DNA from: a virus
Taxonomy: Duplodnaviria > Caudoviricetes
DNA length: 64,000 nt
Direction: 5' to 3' (one strand)
Virus record (IMG/VR): IMGVR_UViG_3300002091_000027
Location: 1-64,000 of that record
In this document: positions 18,316 to 29,390 of the stretch, one piece after another
How the letters are laid out: every line of letters starts with the position of its first letter
Numbering within the stretch: the first letter of the stretch is position 1
Position numbers and translations under genes: made by a program
Notes under the pieces: generated by a model
Seen by the model: only the letters and a program-made list of their open reading frames with translations
Told to the model about the DNA's origin: nothing
The model's database searches: none

Positions 18316-21038
18316 TGGGAATAAACAACGCGGGTACTTTTACCTATACGCCAGATATTAGTTGTACAATTAGTACAATGAAAAATGGCGTCATTGATGT
18401 ATCTGATGATATTATTAATTTTCAAGTTACTCGCAATTTAAATGCAGTTAGTACATTTAACTGTACGCTTGCCAATCCAAGACGTAAATATAACCGTGTA
18501 ATCAATACCATGGATAAAATTACGGTATTTCTTAAAAGAACTAATTTTGTACAAGTTTTTACAGGTTATGTAACATTAGCACCTATTGAAACATTGGTTC
18601 CTACACCCATTCAAATCCAAGCAGCGTGCACATTAAGAAACCTCCAGCAAACATACTGGGATGACACTTTACTAGAATACCAATCATTGTTGCTTAACTA
18701 TATGGATAGCACTGCTGCCAGTAGCAATGCAACCCTAAATGATGGTGGTGTATCGCAAGTTATTGTTAACTTATTGACAAAAGTAGCTGGCTGGGATCTC
18801 GGTAGAATTCATGTTGCTCCAGTTCCTCAAAAGTTTCTTGAATTAGCTGGTAGCATTGCTAAAAACCAAGATATTTATAATAGCACACTTAACCAAAGTG
18901 CAGTGCAAACTATATCTACAATTGTTGGTGTTGACAATATCACCAGTGGTCAAAGTATTTCTAATCAAAAATACGTTTACGGAAAACAACAAACTGTCAA
19001 AGATACTGCTGCACCAGATGGTGGTGTAGGAACAAGTTTTAGTGTATCTAGAGCTGTAGCATTAAAAACTGCATCTATCAACAGCAGAAATAAACAATAT
19101 TTTCCCGGACCAAATGCACTTAATCCAGTAAACATCGATGCTACTAATCAAGATATTTATTATTGTAGTTTGCCGTTTTCTTATATTAATAGTACTGATT
19201 CAACAATTGTTAGCAATGCTAAAAGTTGGATTTCTAATAATGCTTATAGTAAAGACAACAAATATAGTGGAAGAATATTACTACTCACTAACACAAAAAC
19301 TCATAGGGTTGTTGCGCTTAGAGCAACTGGCGTAACACAAAAAGTTGATAAAAATGGAAATTTGCTTTATCAAAATAATTCAATTGTACCAGATCCTAAC
19401 GTTAACTATGTTCAATGTCACCCAGGTGTTGTTGCTTACTTAAACGCTGCCATTGGTGATCCAACCAAATGGACTGATAAAGTTGGTGTTGATTTTTCTT
19501 ATATTGAAATATCATGGGCTGATCAATCACAAGTATCTAAACCAGGACCTCAAAATGTAATTCAACAATCAACAGTAACCAATACTCAGTCATACCTTGG
19601 TATCAACTCACAAAACAATGTAACTTCTCAAGTTCTTACAAGCGCCGTTGATGCATTAAATTATTATTTGCGACAACAATTTGGTGCTCAATATAGTCAA
19701 GATACCAGTGGACCTCATTATAGAGAAACACCAAACAACCCTTATACACATTCTGGTGGATGGTTTGACTGCTCTGGTCTACTGCAATGGGCTTACCGAC
19801 AAATTGGTATTACTATTGGTGGTAATACATATACACAATTTGGTACTGGTAGCAACTCAGATAACAACCGATGTGGTTTATGGGTTCCTCCCAATCAAAT
19901 GCCACAACCTGGTGATTTATTGTTTTGGAATGTTCCTAGTGATGGGAATAGACAACCGGGTCACGTAACAATTCTTTCACAACCTTTTAGTGGTAAAAAA
20001 GGTCAAGGAACGATGATTCAATCGTCTACTTACGGCAAACCTGTAGGAGAATCACCAATTTACTGGTCAGATATCAAAGATGGTGGTTCACCTAAGGGTT
20101 GGGGTATGACATACATGGGTGCTCGCAGACCTTTGACATTGCATCCAGGTTGGGGTCAATCATTTAAACAAACTGTAACAGTACCAAGTACATCTGCCAA
20201 CTCTAATTACAACACTACAGAAACTTCTACATTGGTTACTGATATTCAAGGGTGGAATACTGAATGGATTTCACCAAACTATAACATTACTGCTTCTACC
20301 ATTCAAGGTACTCCACAAGCATTTATATTAGATAATCCATTGATGCAAGATTTACACCAGGTTGTACAAGCTGGTTTAAGAACTTATATGAGTGCTCCTA
20401 ATGGAGACTTTGTTGCATGGTTTCCTGACTGGTATGGCGTTTATGGTATGGATCCTGTAATGGAAATATGTGATATTGAAATTATAGACTTTCAAATTTA
20501 TCACAATGACGATGCACTCGTTACCCACGTAGCAGTGATTGGTGATACTTCTGGTATTGGTCAATCTATTAACATTGTTGACTATATGAGTACGCAAGGT
20601 ATTGTTAGTATTCAAGATGTTACTACTATGCAACTTTTGTTTGGTACCAAAGTTGGTAACACGTCAACAGACCAACAGAACGCTCAAATCGCTCTTAATT
20701 TCTTACAAAGATATGGTATTCGACCATTTCCACAAGAAGTCAATGTTATCCACAGTCATGCTTTGGAATACTTTTTTGGTTTACAAACTTTTATGCAACA
20801 ATGGGCTAACCAATTTACAAGTAATGTAACACTTACTTTTATGCCTGAACTTTACCCAGGTATGAGAGTTGTTGTTAATTTAGATAATGAAAATGGTGGT
20901 CAAGATCAATACCAATTCTATTGTGTATCTGTAACCCACAATGGTGACCGCAGTGGTGGTTTTACCACACAAGCAACAATGACCGCTCCTATGAAAAATG
21001 GAACAGTTATGCACTATGGATTGGAATTCATATCATGA
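18315..21038 (+). CDS. Baseplate hub / tail lysin with inserted NlpC/P60 domain
   Basis: Hub-like termini (C-terminal MPELYPGMRV...YCVSVTH); internal FDCSGLLQWAYRQIG...PQPGDLLFW...GHVTI. Confidence 0.8.
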   Translation: MGINNAGTFTYTPDISCTISTMKNGVIDVSDDIINFQVTRNLNAVSTFNCTLANPRRKYNRVINTMDKITVFLKRTNFVQVFTGYVTLAPIETLVPTPIQIQAACTLRNLQQTYWDDTLLEYQSLLLNYMDSTAASSNATLNDGGVSQVIVNLLTKVAGWDLGRIHVAPVPQKFLELAGSIAKNQDIYNSTLNQSAVQTISTIVGVDNITSGQSISNQKYVYGKQQTVKDTAAPDGGVGTSFSVSRAVALKTASINSRNKQYFPGPNALNPVNIDATNQDIYYCSLPFSYINSTDSTIVSNAKSWISNNAYSKDNKYSGRILLLTNTKTHRVVALRATGVTQKVDKNGNLLYQNNSIVPDPNVNYVQCHPGVVAYLNAAIGDPTKWTDKVGVDFSYIEISWADQSQVSKPGPQNVIQQSTVTNTQSYLGINSQNNVTSQVLTSAVDALNYYLRQQFGAQYSQDTSGPHYRETPNNPYTHSGGWFDCSGLLQWAYRQIGITIGGNTYTQFGTGSNSDNNRCGLWVPPNQMPQPGDLLFWNVPSDGNRQPGHVTILSQPFSGKKGQGTMIQSSTYGKPVGESPIYWSDIKDGGSPKGWGMTYMGARRPLTLHPGWGQSFKQTVTVPSTSANSNYNTTETSTLVTDIQGWNTEWISPNYNITASTIQGTPQAFILDNPLMQDLHQVVQAGLRTYMSAPNGDFVAWFPDWYGVYGMDPVMEICDIEIIDFQIYHNDDALVTHVAVIGDTSGIGQSINIVDYMSTQGIVSIQDVTTMQLLFGTKVGNTSTDQQNAQIALNFLQRYGIRPFPQEVNVIHSHALEYFFGLQTFMQQWANQFTSNVTLTFMPELYPGMRVVVNLDNENGGQDQYQFYCVSVTHNGDRSGGFTTQATMTAPMKNGTVMHYGLEFIS

Positions 21039-22192
21039 GTGTGACAGGTCAGAAATATGACACTAAATCAGGTGTAAGAAAAATTACATTAACTAGTGGT
21101 CCACAATTACACCCTCTTAGTGATACAAACAGTGCTTCTCAAAATTACTATTGTCTTGGTTTTGATGGTAGCGGTTTTCAATATCAAATTGACCTACAAG
21201 CATTACCAGCTGGTGTTGTTTTAGATCAAATTCAACAGAATCAAGTTTGGTGGGTAGAAAAACGAACAACTTTATACAGATTATATCTATATGCTGGTTT
21301 GTTTGATTCCAATACACGTCAAATTGATAGTACGTATCCATTGCCATCACCGGTAACTAGCAGCCTTAACAATGTAACTGTAAGTGGCAACCTAGTCGTT
21401 AATGGGATTGATATATCTAATTTAATTATTGCCGAAGCCCCTCCTGGCGTGATGATGGATTTTGCTGGTTTAAAAGCTCCTAAAGGTTTCTTGTTGTGTG
21501 ATGGATCCAGTTATTCAACAACTACGTATGCTAACTTATTTGCTGCTATTGGCTATGCATGGGGTGGATCAGGCACTAGTTTTAACGTACCAGATATGCG
21601 AGGAAGAGTATCTATCGGCGCAGGTTCTGGAACTGGTCTTACAAATAGAACTTTAGCAGCAGTTAGTGGTGAAGAGAATCATATACTTTTAACCACAGAA
21701 ATCCCTAGTCACACTCACGTTGTAACTTACTCTGGTTATAGTGGAAATACAGGAACAGCATCAGCAAGTTTTAGTTTATCTACCTCAGCTGGATCTACAG
21801 GAACTGGCACTACAGGCACTGGAAATACGGGAAGTACTGCTGCAAACATTCAAGACCCTGGTCACGTTCATAATGGACCTAGTTACAACTTTATTATTAA
21901 CAATAGTAGTGGTGCTTTTGCTTATGGAAGTGGTGCCTCCAGATTAGCGCAGGCCACCTCTACAGCAACTGCTTATACGGGTATTTATGACGCTGGTCAC
22001 ACCCATACAGTACCTAGTTTGTCAATTCCTGCATTAAGTATCCCAACATTGTCCGTAGGTGGTTCGATTACTCAAAATGCCATGAGTTTCTCCGTTCCAG
22101 CGGCAACTATGACTTCTAGCGGTACTGGTGGTGGATCTGGCCATAATAACATGCAACCATATGCCGTAGTTACCAAGATTATCAAGTACTAA
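21035..22192 (+). CDS. Spike-position protein with tail-collar domain and His-rich fibre tip
   Basis: PPGVMMDFAG..APKGFLLCDGSSYS...FNVPDMRGRV collar motif; PSHTH, GHVH, GHTH and HNNMQPY...IIKY end. Confidence 0.8.
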   Translation: MSVTGQKYDTKSGVRKITLTSGPQLHPLSDTNSASQNYYCLGFDGSGFQYQIDLQALPAGVVLDQIQQNQVWWVEKRTTLYRLYLYAGLFDSNTRQIDSTYPLPSPVTSSLNNVTVSGNLVVNGIDISNLIIAEAPPGVMMDFAGLKAPKGFLLCDGSSYSTTTYANLFAAIGYAWGGSGTSFNVPDMRGRVSIGAGSGTGLTNRTLAAVSGEENHILLTTEIPSHTHVVTYSGYSGNTGTASASFSLSTSAGSTGTGTTGTGNTGSTAANIQDPGHVHNGPSYNFIINNSSGAFAYGSGASRLAQATSTATAYTGIYDAGHTHTVPSLSIPALSIPTLSVGGSITQNAMSFSVPAATMTSSGTGGGSGHNNMQPYAVVTKIIKY

Positions 22193-22221
22193 TGTATAAA
22201 ACCCTTTATTTTGCCTAAGAT
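22193..22221 (+). promoter_or_regulatory. Candidate late promoter TGTATA-N17-TAAGAT
   Basis: Occupies the gap before the wedge genes; no RBS, so the transcript would be near-leaderless. Confidence 0.35.
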
Positions 22222-22224
22222 ACT

Positions 22225-22686
22225 ATGAAGACGATTACAGTTAGCAATGGAACAATAAACCTAGTTAATGGAAAATTACAATTTTCCTTTGGTTCAAACA
22301 AGTTAGCCCAGGACATCGAACTGTGGCTTAAAGAACCATTGGGTACTGGGTTTACTACCCCTGGTTTTGGTAGTTTGTTGCCAGGCATGATTGGAACGTC
22401 GCAAGCAGTTAATAGCGCTAGTAGTGTTGAAAATGAAATACTAAGAGTGTTACAGTTATACCAGGGCCAACAAATTTTGTCGTTACAAAAATCACAAAAT
22501 TCTGCTCAATTAGCCAATTGGAATAAAAACGAAATCATACAAAAGATCGTTTCAGTTAAAGCTCAAGTAAATAGCAACAATGGCACACAGATAGATGCCA
22601 CAGTTGTTATAGAAACACTTACTGGTAGCTTAGTTACTTTATTAACATCAATCAACGCAAACGGAGTTACTGTTCAAAATGGCTGA
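22225..22686 (+). CDS. Baseplate wedge protein (gp25/W-like)
   Basis: KLAQDIELWLKEPLG...PGFGSLL motif; precedes baseplate J. Confidence 0.75.
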   Translation: MKTITVSNGTINLVNGKLQFSFGSNKLAQDIELWLKEPLGTGFTTPGFGSLLPGMIGTSQAVNSASSVENEILRVLQLYQGQQILSLQKSQNSAQLANWNKNEIIQKIVSVKAQVNSNNGTQIDATVVIETLTGSLVTLLTSINANGVTVQNG

Positions 22687-25222
22687 CGCTACCGGAGTAC
22701 TTTCAAGATTACAAGCTGCTTTATCAACTTATGACCCATCATGGGACATAAGTGTAGGTAGTGCTACCTATAAAATTCTTGAATCAGTTGCTCAAGAAAT
22801 TGCCAACGCCAATAATAATTCTACGCTACAAACGTACAGTTATGATATTAACACTAAAGCTGGTAACGATCTAGACACATTCTGCAATTTATTTGGTGTT
22901 TATCGACAGCTTGGTAAAAGAGCTGTGGGAGCAGTAACTTTCAGTACTAACGCTCCAGCAACCAGTATTATTAATATCCCACTAGGAACCCAAGTTGCGG
23001 TACCAGTTGGTAACAATTACATAGTACCAATTTACTATTCTACCACTGCACCAGCAATTATACCAATTGGTGCAACATCAATTAGTGTTCCTGTGATTTC
23101 TTCACTCCCTGGAGTATTTGCCAACGTACCAGGCAATACTGTCAGTGCTTTAGCAACAACTTTAATAGGTGTTACTGGCGTAACTAATTTAGCACCAATG
23201 AATAGTGGTGCAGATCCTGAAAGCGATTCACAACTACGTTCAAGATGGCAAGCTACAGCATTCAATAACACTACAGGAACAAACGGTAAGTATATTCTTA
23301 CTGCTTATCAAGACCCTAATGTAACTACTGCAAATGCCTTTGGTACGCAAGTTTTCTATGACGAACAACTTACCATTCAAGCAACTATCAGCGGTGGCAC
23401 AACAAATAACGTAACTTTTCAAATGATTGCCTATAGTGGAATGACCAATGTTATTAGTGGTACAACTTATACTGGAACCAACTTAGTTGCATATAGCGGT
23501 TTTGCAGCAAGCACAAATAGCACTGCATTAGCTTCTGGACTACAAGCAATGATTAGTGGAGTAGCTCCATTTAACAATGTTACAGTTACTTGCACACCAA
23601 GTGGCAATACAATTTCTGGTGGACTTAATGTAATTCTTGGCGCTCCAAACCCATATCGTTTAACTATTGGCAGTGGAACAACACTATATTCAGGTACTAC
23701 TAACAGTGGTGCTATTACAATCAGTGGCACAACATATACGGAATATGTTAGAAGTTTAAACCCAGATATCGGTGCTTCTGGCACACAATCATTCAACAAT
23801 ACATTTAGTGGTTATGTATACCCACAAGGCAATGAACTAATTGGTTTTAACTTAAACTCAGCGGCTGCAGTAATTGCTACACCAAATTCTGATTATTTTT
23901 ATAATAGCAATGGGACTACTCTTGTTGGTGGAACATTCTCACCACAACTTTATATACAAATTGCCAACCCAGCCTATAACCCAAGTTTCTTTATTGGTAA
24001 TACTCTTGAAGTAATTTCTGAATATAATCCTGCTGCTAGTAGATCCACAACTATTACTAGTGGTAATTATGTTGATATTTTTATTAATGGAACAACTGCA
24101 GGGTTAACTTCTGAACAATCTGTGTTTAACATAAACTATACACTTTCTTCTGGCAACCCTGTTACTTATTTAGATAGCAACCATTATGTTCTTGGTAGTG
24201 GTAAAATAGCTGCAACAAATACCTATACATCTGGTGACATATATATACCGTTTGATCGTCAACCAATGATTAACTTTCCTGGACAATTAAGTACAGCAAG
24301 TAGCGGTATTGCCGATACATTTGTTTTATATAATACTGCGTTGGGAAGTGGTATAACATATCCAATTGCGTTAAATCCATATCCTTACATTACATTCACA
24401 GGAACTGTAATGCCAATGCCTTATTCATATACTGACATTTCTGGAAACACCATATCTGGAAACACCATATCTGGTCAAATGTTTGTAAATATTAATAATG
24501 CAAACACATTCCTTTATCCAGGATTGGCACTGGTAAATGATGGAACAGTTCTTTCTGGTCAACAATTTTACATTCAAAGTGTTGCTAGCAGTGGAATCAC
24601 ACTTAGCACAATGATTACGTCAAGTGGATCATCTATTGCAACATTCACTACTAGTGGTAAAGCATTAGCTTATCCACTTTATGACATTACTAATTCTGGT
24701 ATGAACAGTGTGCATTCAATGACCGGATTAGCTATGGATACATCTAGTTTTAACGGACAATATGCTGGATTTCCAACATTGCCGAACAATAATAATGCAT
24801 GGGTATCATATCAACACAATTATAACCAAGATGTAGTTGATGTAGAATCACTAGTTCAGCAAAGCAGGCCACTCGGTGTAAACACACTTGTGCACCAAGC
24901 TAATTTTCAAAATTTAATTATTACTGTGAGAATTGTATTTACTGCTGGATTTAGTTTGAGTAATGTTCAAGCAAACATTTCAAATCAGTTAAAACAATAT
25001 TTTAATAATTTTAACTACCTATCTATTGTTTCATTTGCTAGTTTACAATCACAAATTTTAAGTGTAGCTGGTGTTTCTAACGCAAGAATCACTAACATTA
25101 GCACAGTTGCATTAGATGGTAACATATTAAATTCATACACTTCTGACTTTGTTCTTTCAAGTAATCAATTGCCATTACTTAACAATGTCCTTTACACGAT
25201 TGTAGGAACGAGTACGTTCTAA
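22679..25222 (+). CDS. Baseplate J-like wedge protein with a large central insertion
   Basis: AGNDLDTFCNLFGVYR, GADPESDSQLRSR and C-terminal ILSVAGVSN are baseplate-J hallmarks. Confidence 0.85.
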   Translation: MADATGVLSRLQAALSTYDPSWDISVGSATYKILESVAQEIANANNNSTLQTYSYDINTKAGNDLDTFCNLFGVYRQLGKRAVGAVTFSTNAPATSIINIPLGTQVAVPVGNNYIVPIYYSTTAPAIIPIGATSISVPVISSLPGVFANVPGNTVSALATTLIGVTGVTNLAPMNSGADPESDSQLRSRWQATAFNNTTGTNGKYILTAYQDPNVTTANAFGTQVFYDEQLTIQATISGGTTNNVTFQMIAYSGMTNVISGTTYTGTNLVAYSGFAASTNSTALASGLQAMISGVAPFNNVTVTCTPSGNTISGGLNVILGAPNPYRLTIGSGTTLYSGTTNSGAITISGTTYTEYVRSLNPDIGASGTQSFNNTFSGYVYPQGNELIGFNLNSAAAVIATPNSDYFYNSNGTTLVGGTFSPQLYIQIANPAYNPSFFIGNTLEVISEYNPAASRSTTITSGNYVDIFINGTTAGLTSEQSVFNINYTLSSGNPVTYLDSNHYVLGSGKIAATNTYTSGDIYIPFDRQPMINFPGQLSTASSGIADTFVLYNTALGSGITYPIALNPYPYITFTGTVMPMPYSYTDISGNTISGNTISGQMFVNINNANTFLYPGLALVNDGTVLSGQQFYIQSVASSGITLSTMITSSGSSIATFTTSGKALAYPLYDITNSGMNSVHSMTGLAMDTSSFNGQYAGFPTLPNNNNAWVSYQHNYNQDVVDVESLVQQSRPLGVNTLVHQANFQNLIITVRIVFTAGFSLSNVQANISNQLKQYFNNFNYLSIVSFASLQSQILSVAGVSNARITNISTVALDGNILNSYTSDFVLSSNQLPLLNNVLYTIVGTSTF
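24440..24474 (+). repeat. 15-bp tandem duplication encoding (I)SGNT-ISGNT-ISG
   Basis: tctggaaacaccata twice, followed by tctgg. Confidence 0.85.
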
Positions 25223-26184
25223 TGGCTGGTAATCTATTTTCGATATCACAGCACACCACACTTTCTACTAAAGTTGCTAACTTTCCAGAAGATGTCTATA
25301 CTTTTCACGATAATGACTATCTAACTATTTTGATGACCGTATTGCTGGGCAACAGTGGTACTGGACAACTAAAAAACATTCAAACAGTAGCTAGATTAGG
25401 CCAAGAAATTATTGAATATGACAACCTTGACAATATACTTGGTCAAATATTTAACATGCAAAGAATCTCTTCTGAGATTTATAGTTTTGCTACAAATCCA
25501 TTTATTGATCAATTATTGCAAAGCAATTGGCAAGAAATTGTTCGTAAAGATGCAAATTATCGTGAACGTTTGTTGGGTGCTGCCGAAGCATATCAAATTG
25601 GTGCAACACTATGGGCAATTCTTACACTTTGCGAAGCGCTGTCTGGATTAAAATTTTATGTAGTTGAAGGGTGGAGAACACCTGGCTATGGTAGATCACA
25701 AATAAATTCAGCTCAAGAAATTGTTCTTATACCTTTAAGTGACGGCAATCTATTCAAATGGGATCAAGGTAAAGCACAATCAATTTTACATACAATACAA
25801 AACATTATACCATCAAATTTTGTTATTAGTTTTGGAGCTATGCAAAATACATTAACTGCAATTCCATTAACCGCTGTAACTGTTTCTGGTTCTGAACCAG
25901 CTGGTTATTCGGAATATTTTTATCTTCAACCAACTGTAACTGCCAAGAACATTCTAACACCAGCAAATATTGCACCTGGGGCCGCTACACGCTATTGGTT
26001 AATCAATGGTTTAAAAGTAACTGCTCCATATTTTTCTCATTTACAAACACAAGAAGCATATATTGATGTTACTGGAAATATTGCTAGCATTACTTGCACT
26101 GATACCCAGGGAAATGGAGCACCTAGCAATAGCGTTGCTCAATCTACATTGCAAGTTACTTCTACTTTATACGGTGCACAATAA
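25222..26184 (+). CDS. Baseplate wedge subunit (P2 gpI-like)
   Basis: Follows J; LDNILGQIF...DANYRERL...GATLWAI pattern. Confidence 0.65.
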   Translation: MAGNLFSISQHTTLSTKVANFPEDVYTFHDNDYLTILMTVLLGNSGTGQLKNIQTVARLGQEIIEYDNLDNILGQIFNMQRISSEIYSFATNPFIDQLLQSNWQEIVRKDANYRERLLGAAEAYQIGATLWAILTLCEALSGLKFYVVEGWRTPGYGRSQINSAQEIVLIPLSDGNLFKWDQGKAQSILHTIQNIIPSNFVISFGAMQNTLTAIPLTAVTVSGSEPAGYSEYFYLQPTVTAKNILTPANIAPGAATRYWLINGLKVTAPYFSHLQTQEAYIDVTGNIASITCTDTQGNGAPSNSVAQSTLQVTSTLYGAQ

Positions 26185-29100
26185 TGCCATTTCTTCCTAA
26201 TAACGTTGATCCATTAAAAGATTATGTAACAGGTGGTGCATTACCACCGTTAACAATTGATGGATTAGTATACAACAAAGTATATGCACAAACTGGCGTT
26301 ATTGATACTGTAGGCGCAGTTTTACAAAATGGCTACACTGACCCAAATTCCAATATTATCAATGGACAAAATAATTTTGGTAAATTTGGTCAAACGCAAG
26401 AATCAAGTTGGATTTCTAGACAAGATTTTGGTGGACCAGACAGCGTCCCAGTTGTATTAACTTATAATTTTAATACAGAAACTGATTTAAATATTGTTAG
26501 TTTTCAAGTTTTAAATGTTCCATGTTTTGTAGAATTGGGTTATTACAATGATAACAACGCTTGGGTAGCACTGCCAGGGTCATCAACATTTGTAGTAAAT
26601 GGCAATAATGACATTTTTAATTATGACAATTTTTTACACTTAGAATACATGGCTCCTGAAACGTTGTCGTTAGGATCTATTTCTTTAAGAATTACACGAA
26701 ACCAACCAGTTCAAACTATCAACAATGGTATATTTACTAATGTTGCTTATTCAATTGGTGTACAATCATTTCACGTTAATTTGCAAGTTATTCAATCAAG
26801 TGATATACCGCCTAATGTTACAAATGGTTCACAAGCAATCATTACTCAAAATCGTTTAGGTTTTATTGAAGACTATAACTATATCAATTATCCTGTAAGC
26901 AATATATTCACCAATGATAATAAATATTGGAAATGTTCACCACAACCTACTGGTGACTCTATTGTTTATTTCTATGCATGTATTGCTGATAACGGAACAG
27001 CTAATCCAACACCCAAAACTATAAATCGTTTATACATTGACCCTTTATACAGTGGATGTCGTTTTAATGTTTATGCAACAACCAATGGAACTCTTGGCGG
27101 AACAATAGATCCTGATACTTTTACATGGACACCAATTCAAAGAGACTTTACTCTTAGAAAAGGCATTTATGAATTACCTCCTGTTGCTGCAACGTACCTT
27201 AAATTTGAATTTGTTAAATTAATTGCAGAACCTTATGATTTATCAATCGATTCTATAACAAGAACAATTAATGTTTTTCCAGCCAGTATTGAAGAATACT
27301 ATTACCAACTTGAAAATGCAATTATTGATGGCAACTCTGTTCAATATTCTCACATTGGCAACAACAATAATCCACAAACTATTACATCTACCAACATTAA
27401 TTCATCAACGTTGTTTGGTCTTTCATCTAACACAATAGCAAATGCCAATACATGGCCACAACTTAGTGCTTTAAACAATTCTCAACTTGGTGGCAATACA
27501 ACAACAGTTGCCAACAACACCAATTCATACATTATTGATCCAACTATGAGTTATAAAACTATTAATAGTGATGGTACTTACAATGGTGTTGCATATAATC
27601 AATTTTTGCAACGTCGTTTTATGAACGTGCAACAACATTCATATACTCAAACTACTATTAATCAATGTTGGCACGAAGCATATTTTACTGGTATTCAATA
27701 TTTAACAGCTTTTTATGAAAAACAATTTGATGATATTAGAATTTTACCAACTGAATTAAAAGGTGTAGATGCTGATGCTTTTGTTCAACAAAATAACGTT
27801 GCAGCTGTACTCAATGCTTCAGAACCAGTTTACGTAGATTGGCAACCAACTCTTGAAAAATTTAATAGTTTTAACATCGGTGCATTAACCAGTGAATGGC
27901 AAAGTTTCCTTACCGATAATCAAGTTTTAATGAATGACCCAGTGGTTTTAAATGACAATCTTTTAACTAATTGCACTGCAACAACAATTGGTCAACTTGG
28001 TTCAAGTTCAATTATTTCTATTTCTGGAAACCTTTTAGGTTTTCCTTACAGTATTCAATCAACAAGCTATCCTGTTTCTTACAACGAACTCGTTTACGAC
28101 GATGCCAATTTTAGTGAAATAGATCTATGGACTGCTTCTGGTACAACCACTATTACATCTACTCCAGTAATATATGTATCGGGCACCTCAGCCAAAACAG
28201 TTAGCGGATTATCTATAAGTGGTGGTAATCATACTGCTATGTTTAGATTTGATATTCCCAATGTTGATTATGGTGGAAAACAAGCGTATACACTTCAATT
28301 TGGTACTCCGGATATGGGTACTGTAGGGTTTGGTAGTTACAACCCAATAACTTCAGGAACTAACTATTATTTCTATACAGGAGTACAAGTATCTGGTACA
28401 GCTTCCGGTATATCAACAACTAATTCAACAATTAGCGCAAGAACACAATTCTATAATTCTTTTACCAATACAGTAATTTCTGGAACTGTATTCAGTGGTT
28501 CAAATGTTGCATTTGTTAGTGGAACTGGAAGCAATATAGGTTATGTAACATCTACAAATTATACTACGAGTGGTGTTCCAGCTGGTTCTATTCAATTTGT
28601 TGTTAGTGGAACCACCAATTATAATCTCTATCAATTAGGTGTTTTCCCAACACCAACAACTAATTGGCAAACGCCACAAGATCGTAAATATATGCGAGTT
28701 AGTTCTATTGGTAGAATTATGTTGCCATTTACTAATTTGGGATCATATCGTTTTTGCCTATGTGCATTTGCAGCTGATGGTACTGAAATTCAATTAACAT
28801 GTCAAGATTATGGTCCGGGAGAAATACCACTTGCTACGTGGTTTGAACAACGCTTAGAAGCATTTACTTACACTCAATATACTGATTTCTTTACTAAAAT
28901 ACTACAAATAGATATTACTATAAATGAAGTATTTTATGTAAGTGCTCTTGCACCTTTTTATCACCCAATAAAATACGAATATACTACAATTAGTGGATCT
29001 AACTATCCTGATAATTACCAATACATTACTGGTGATATAAATAATCCAAATTATTTTGTAACCGCTACATCTGGAATACCAGCCAGTGGAATTCAATTAA

Positions 29101-29354
29101 GAATGACAGCGCTTGATCCAGATGTATTTATTTCTGGTATTAGTTTAATTCCTTATTATAAATCTAATCCATATTATGCTGATATCAATATAGACTATGC
29201 TGGTAATAGCAAAACCAATCAGTTGAGTGCACGTACTGCAGTTATAGATAAACCATTCTTTCAGAGTAGTTCTCTTTTTTATCCAACAAGGTTTACTTTG
29301 CCAGTAGTTGTTGGACCAAACGTTGGTTACATCACATCAAACTTCGGTTATTAA
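26184..29354 (+). CDS. Large baseplate / receptor-binding scaffold protein
   Basis: 1056 aa, beta-rich with discoidin-like segments (SWIS, KYWKCSPQP); last gene of the virion operon. Confidence 0.6.
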   Translation: MPFLPNNVDPLKDYVTGGALPPLTIDGLVYNKVYAQTGVIDTVGAVLQNGYTDPNSNIINGQNNFGKFGQTQESSWISRQDFGGPDSVPVVLTYNFNTETDLNIVSFQVLNVPCFVELGYYNDNNAWVALPGSSTFVVNGNNDIFNYDNFLHLEYMAPETLSLGSISLRITRNQPVQTINNGIFTNVAYSIGVQSFHVNLQVIQSSDIPPNVTNGSQAIITQNRLGFIEDYNYINYPVSNIFTNDNKYWKCSPQPTGDSIVYFYACIADNGTANPTPKTINRLYIDPLYSGCRFNVYATTNGTLGGTIDPDTFTWTPIQRDFTLRKGIYELPPVAATYLKFEFVKLIAEPYDLSIDSITRTINVFPASIEEYYYQLENAIIDGNSVQYSHIGNNNNPQTITSTNINSSTLFGLSSNTIANANTWPQLSALNNSQLGGNTTTVANNTNSYIIDPTMSYKTINSDGTYNGVAYNQFLQRRFMNVQQHSYTQTTINQCWHEAYFTGIQYLTAFYEKQFDDIRILPTELKGVDADAFVQQNNVAAVLNASEPVYVDWQPTLEKFNSFNIGALTSEWQSFLTDNQVLMNDPVVLNDNLLTNCTATTIGQLGSSSIISISGNLLGFPYSIQSTSYPVSYNELVYDDANFSEIDLWTASGTTTITSTPVIYVSGTSAKTVSGLSISGGNHTAMFRFDIPNVDYGGKQAYTLQFGTPDMGTVGFGSYNPITSGTNYYFYTGVQVSGTASGISTTNSTISARTQFYNSFTNTVISGTVFSGSNVAFVSGTGSNIGYVTSTNYTTSGVPAGSIQFVVSGTTNYNLYQLGVFPTPTTNWQTPQDRKYMRVSSIGRIMLPFTNLGSYRFCLCAFAADGTEIQLTCQDYGPGEIPLATWFEQRLEAFTYTQYTDFFTKILQIDITINEVFYVSALAPFYHPIKYEYTTISGSNYPDNYQYITGDINNPNYFVTATSGIPASGIQLRMTALDPDVFISGISLIPYYKSNPYYADINIDYAGNSKTNQLSARTAVIDKPFFQSSSLFYPTRFTLPVVVGPNVGYITSNFGY

Positions 29355-29355
29355 T

Positions 29356-29384
29356 TTGATTTAATTGATATTTCCTGATATGAT
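29356..29384 (+). promoter_or_regulatory. SigA-type promoter TTGATT-N17-TATGAT giving a leaderless mRNA
   Basis: The predicted +1, 7 nt after the -10 box, falls on the A of ATG 29391; no SD present. Confidence 0.65.
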
Positions 29385-29390
29385 TTCTTC

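Noticed and set aside
1-29354. Diversity-generating retroelement acting on the fibre genes
   Set aside because: No reverse transcriptase in the window and no template/variable repeat pair noticed by eye; a self-dotplot would be needed to exclude it fully.
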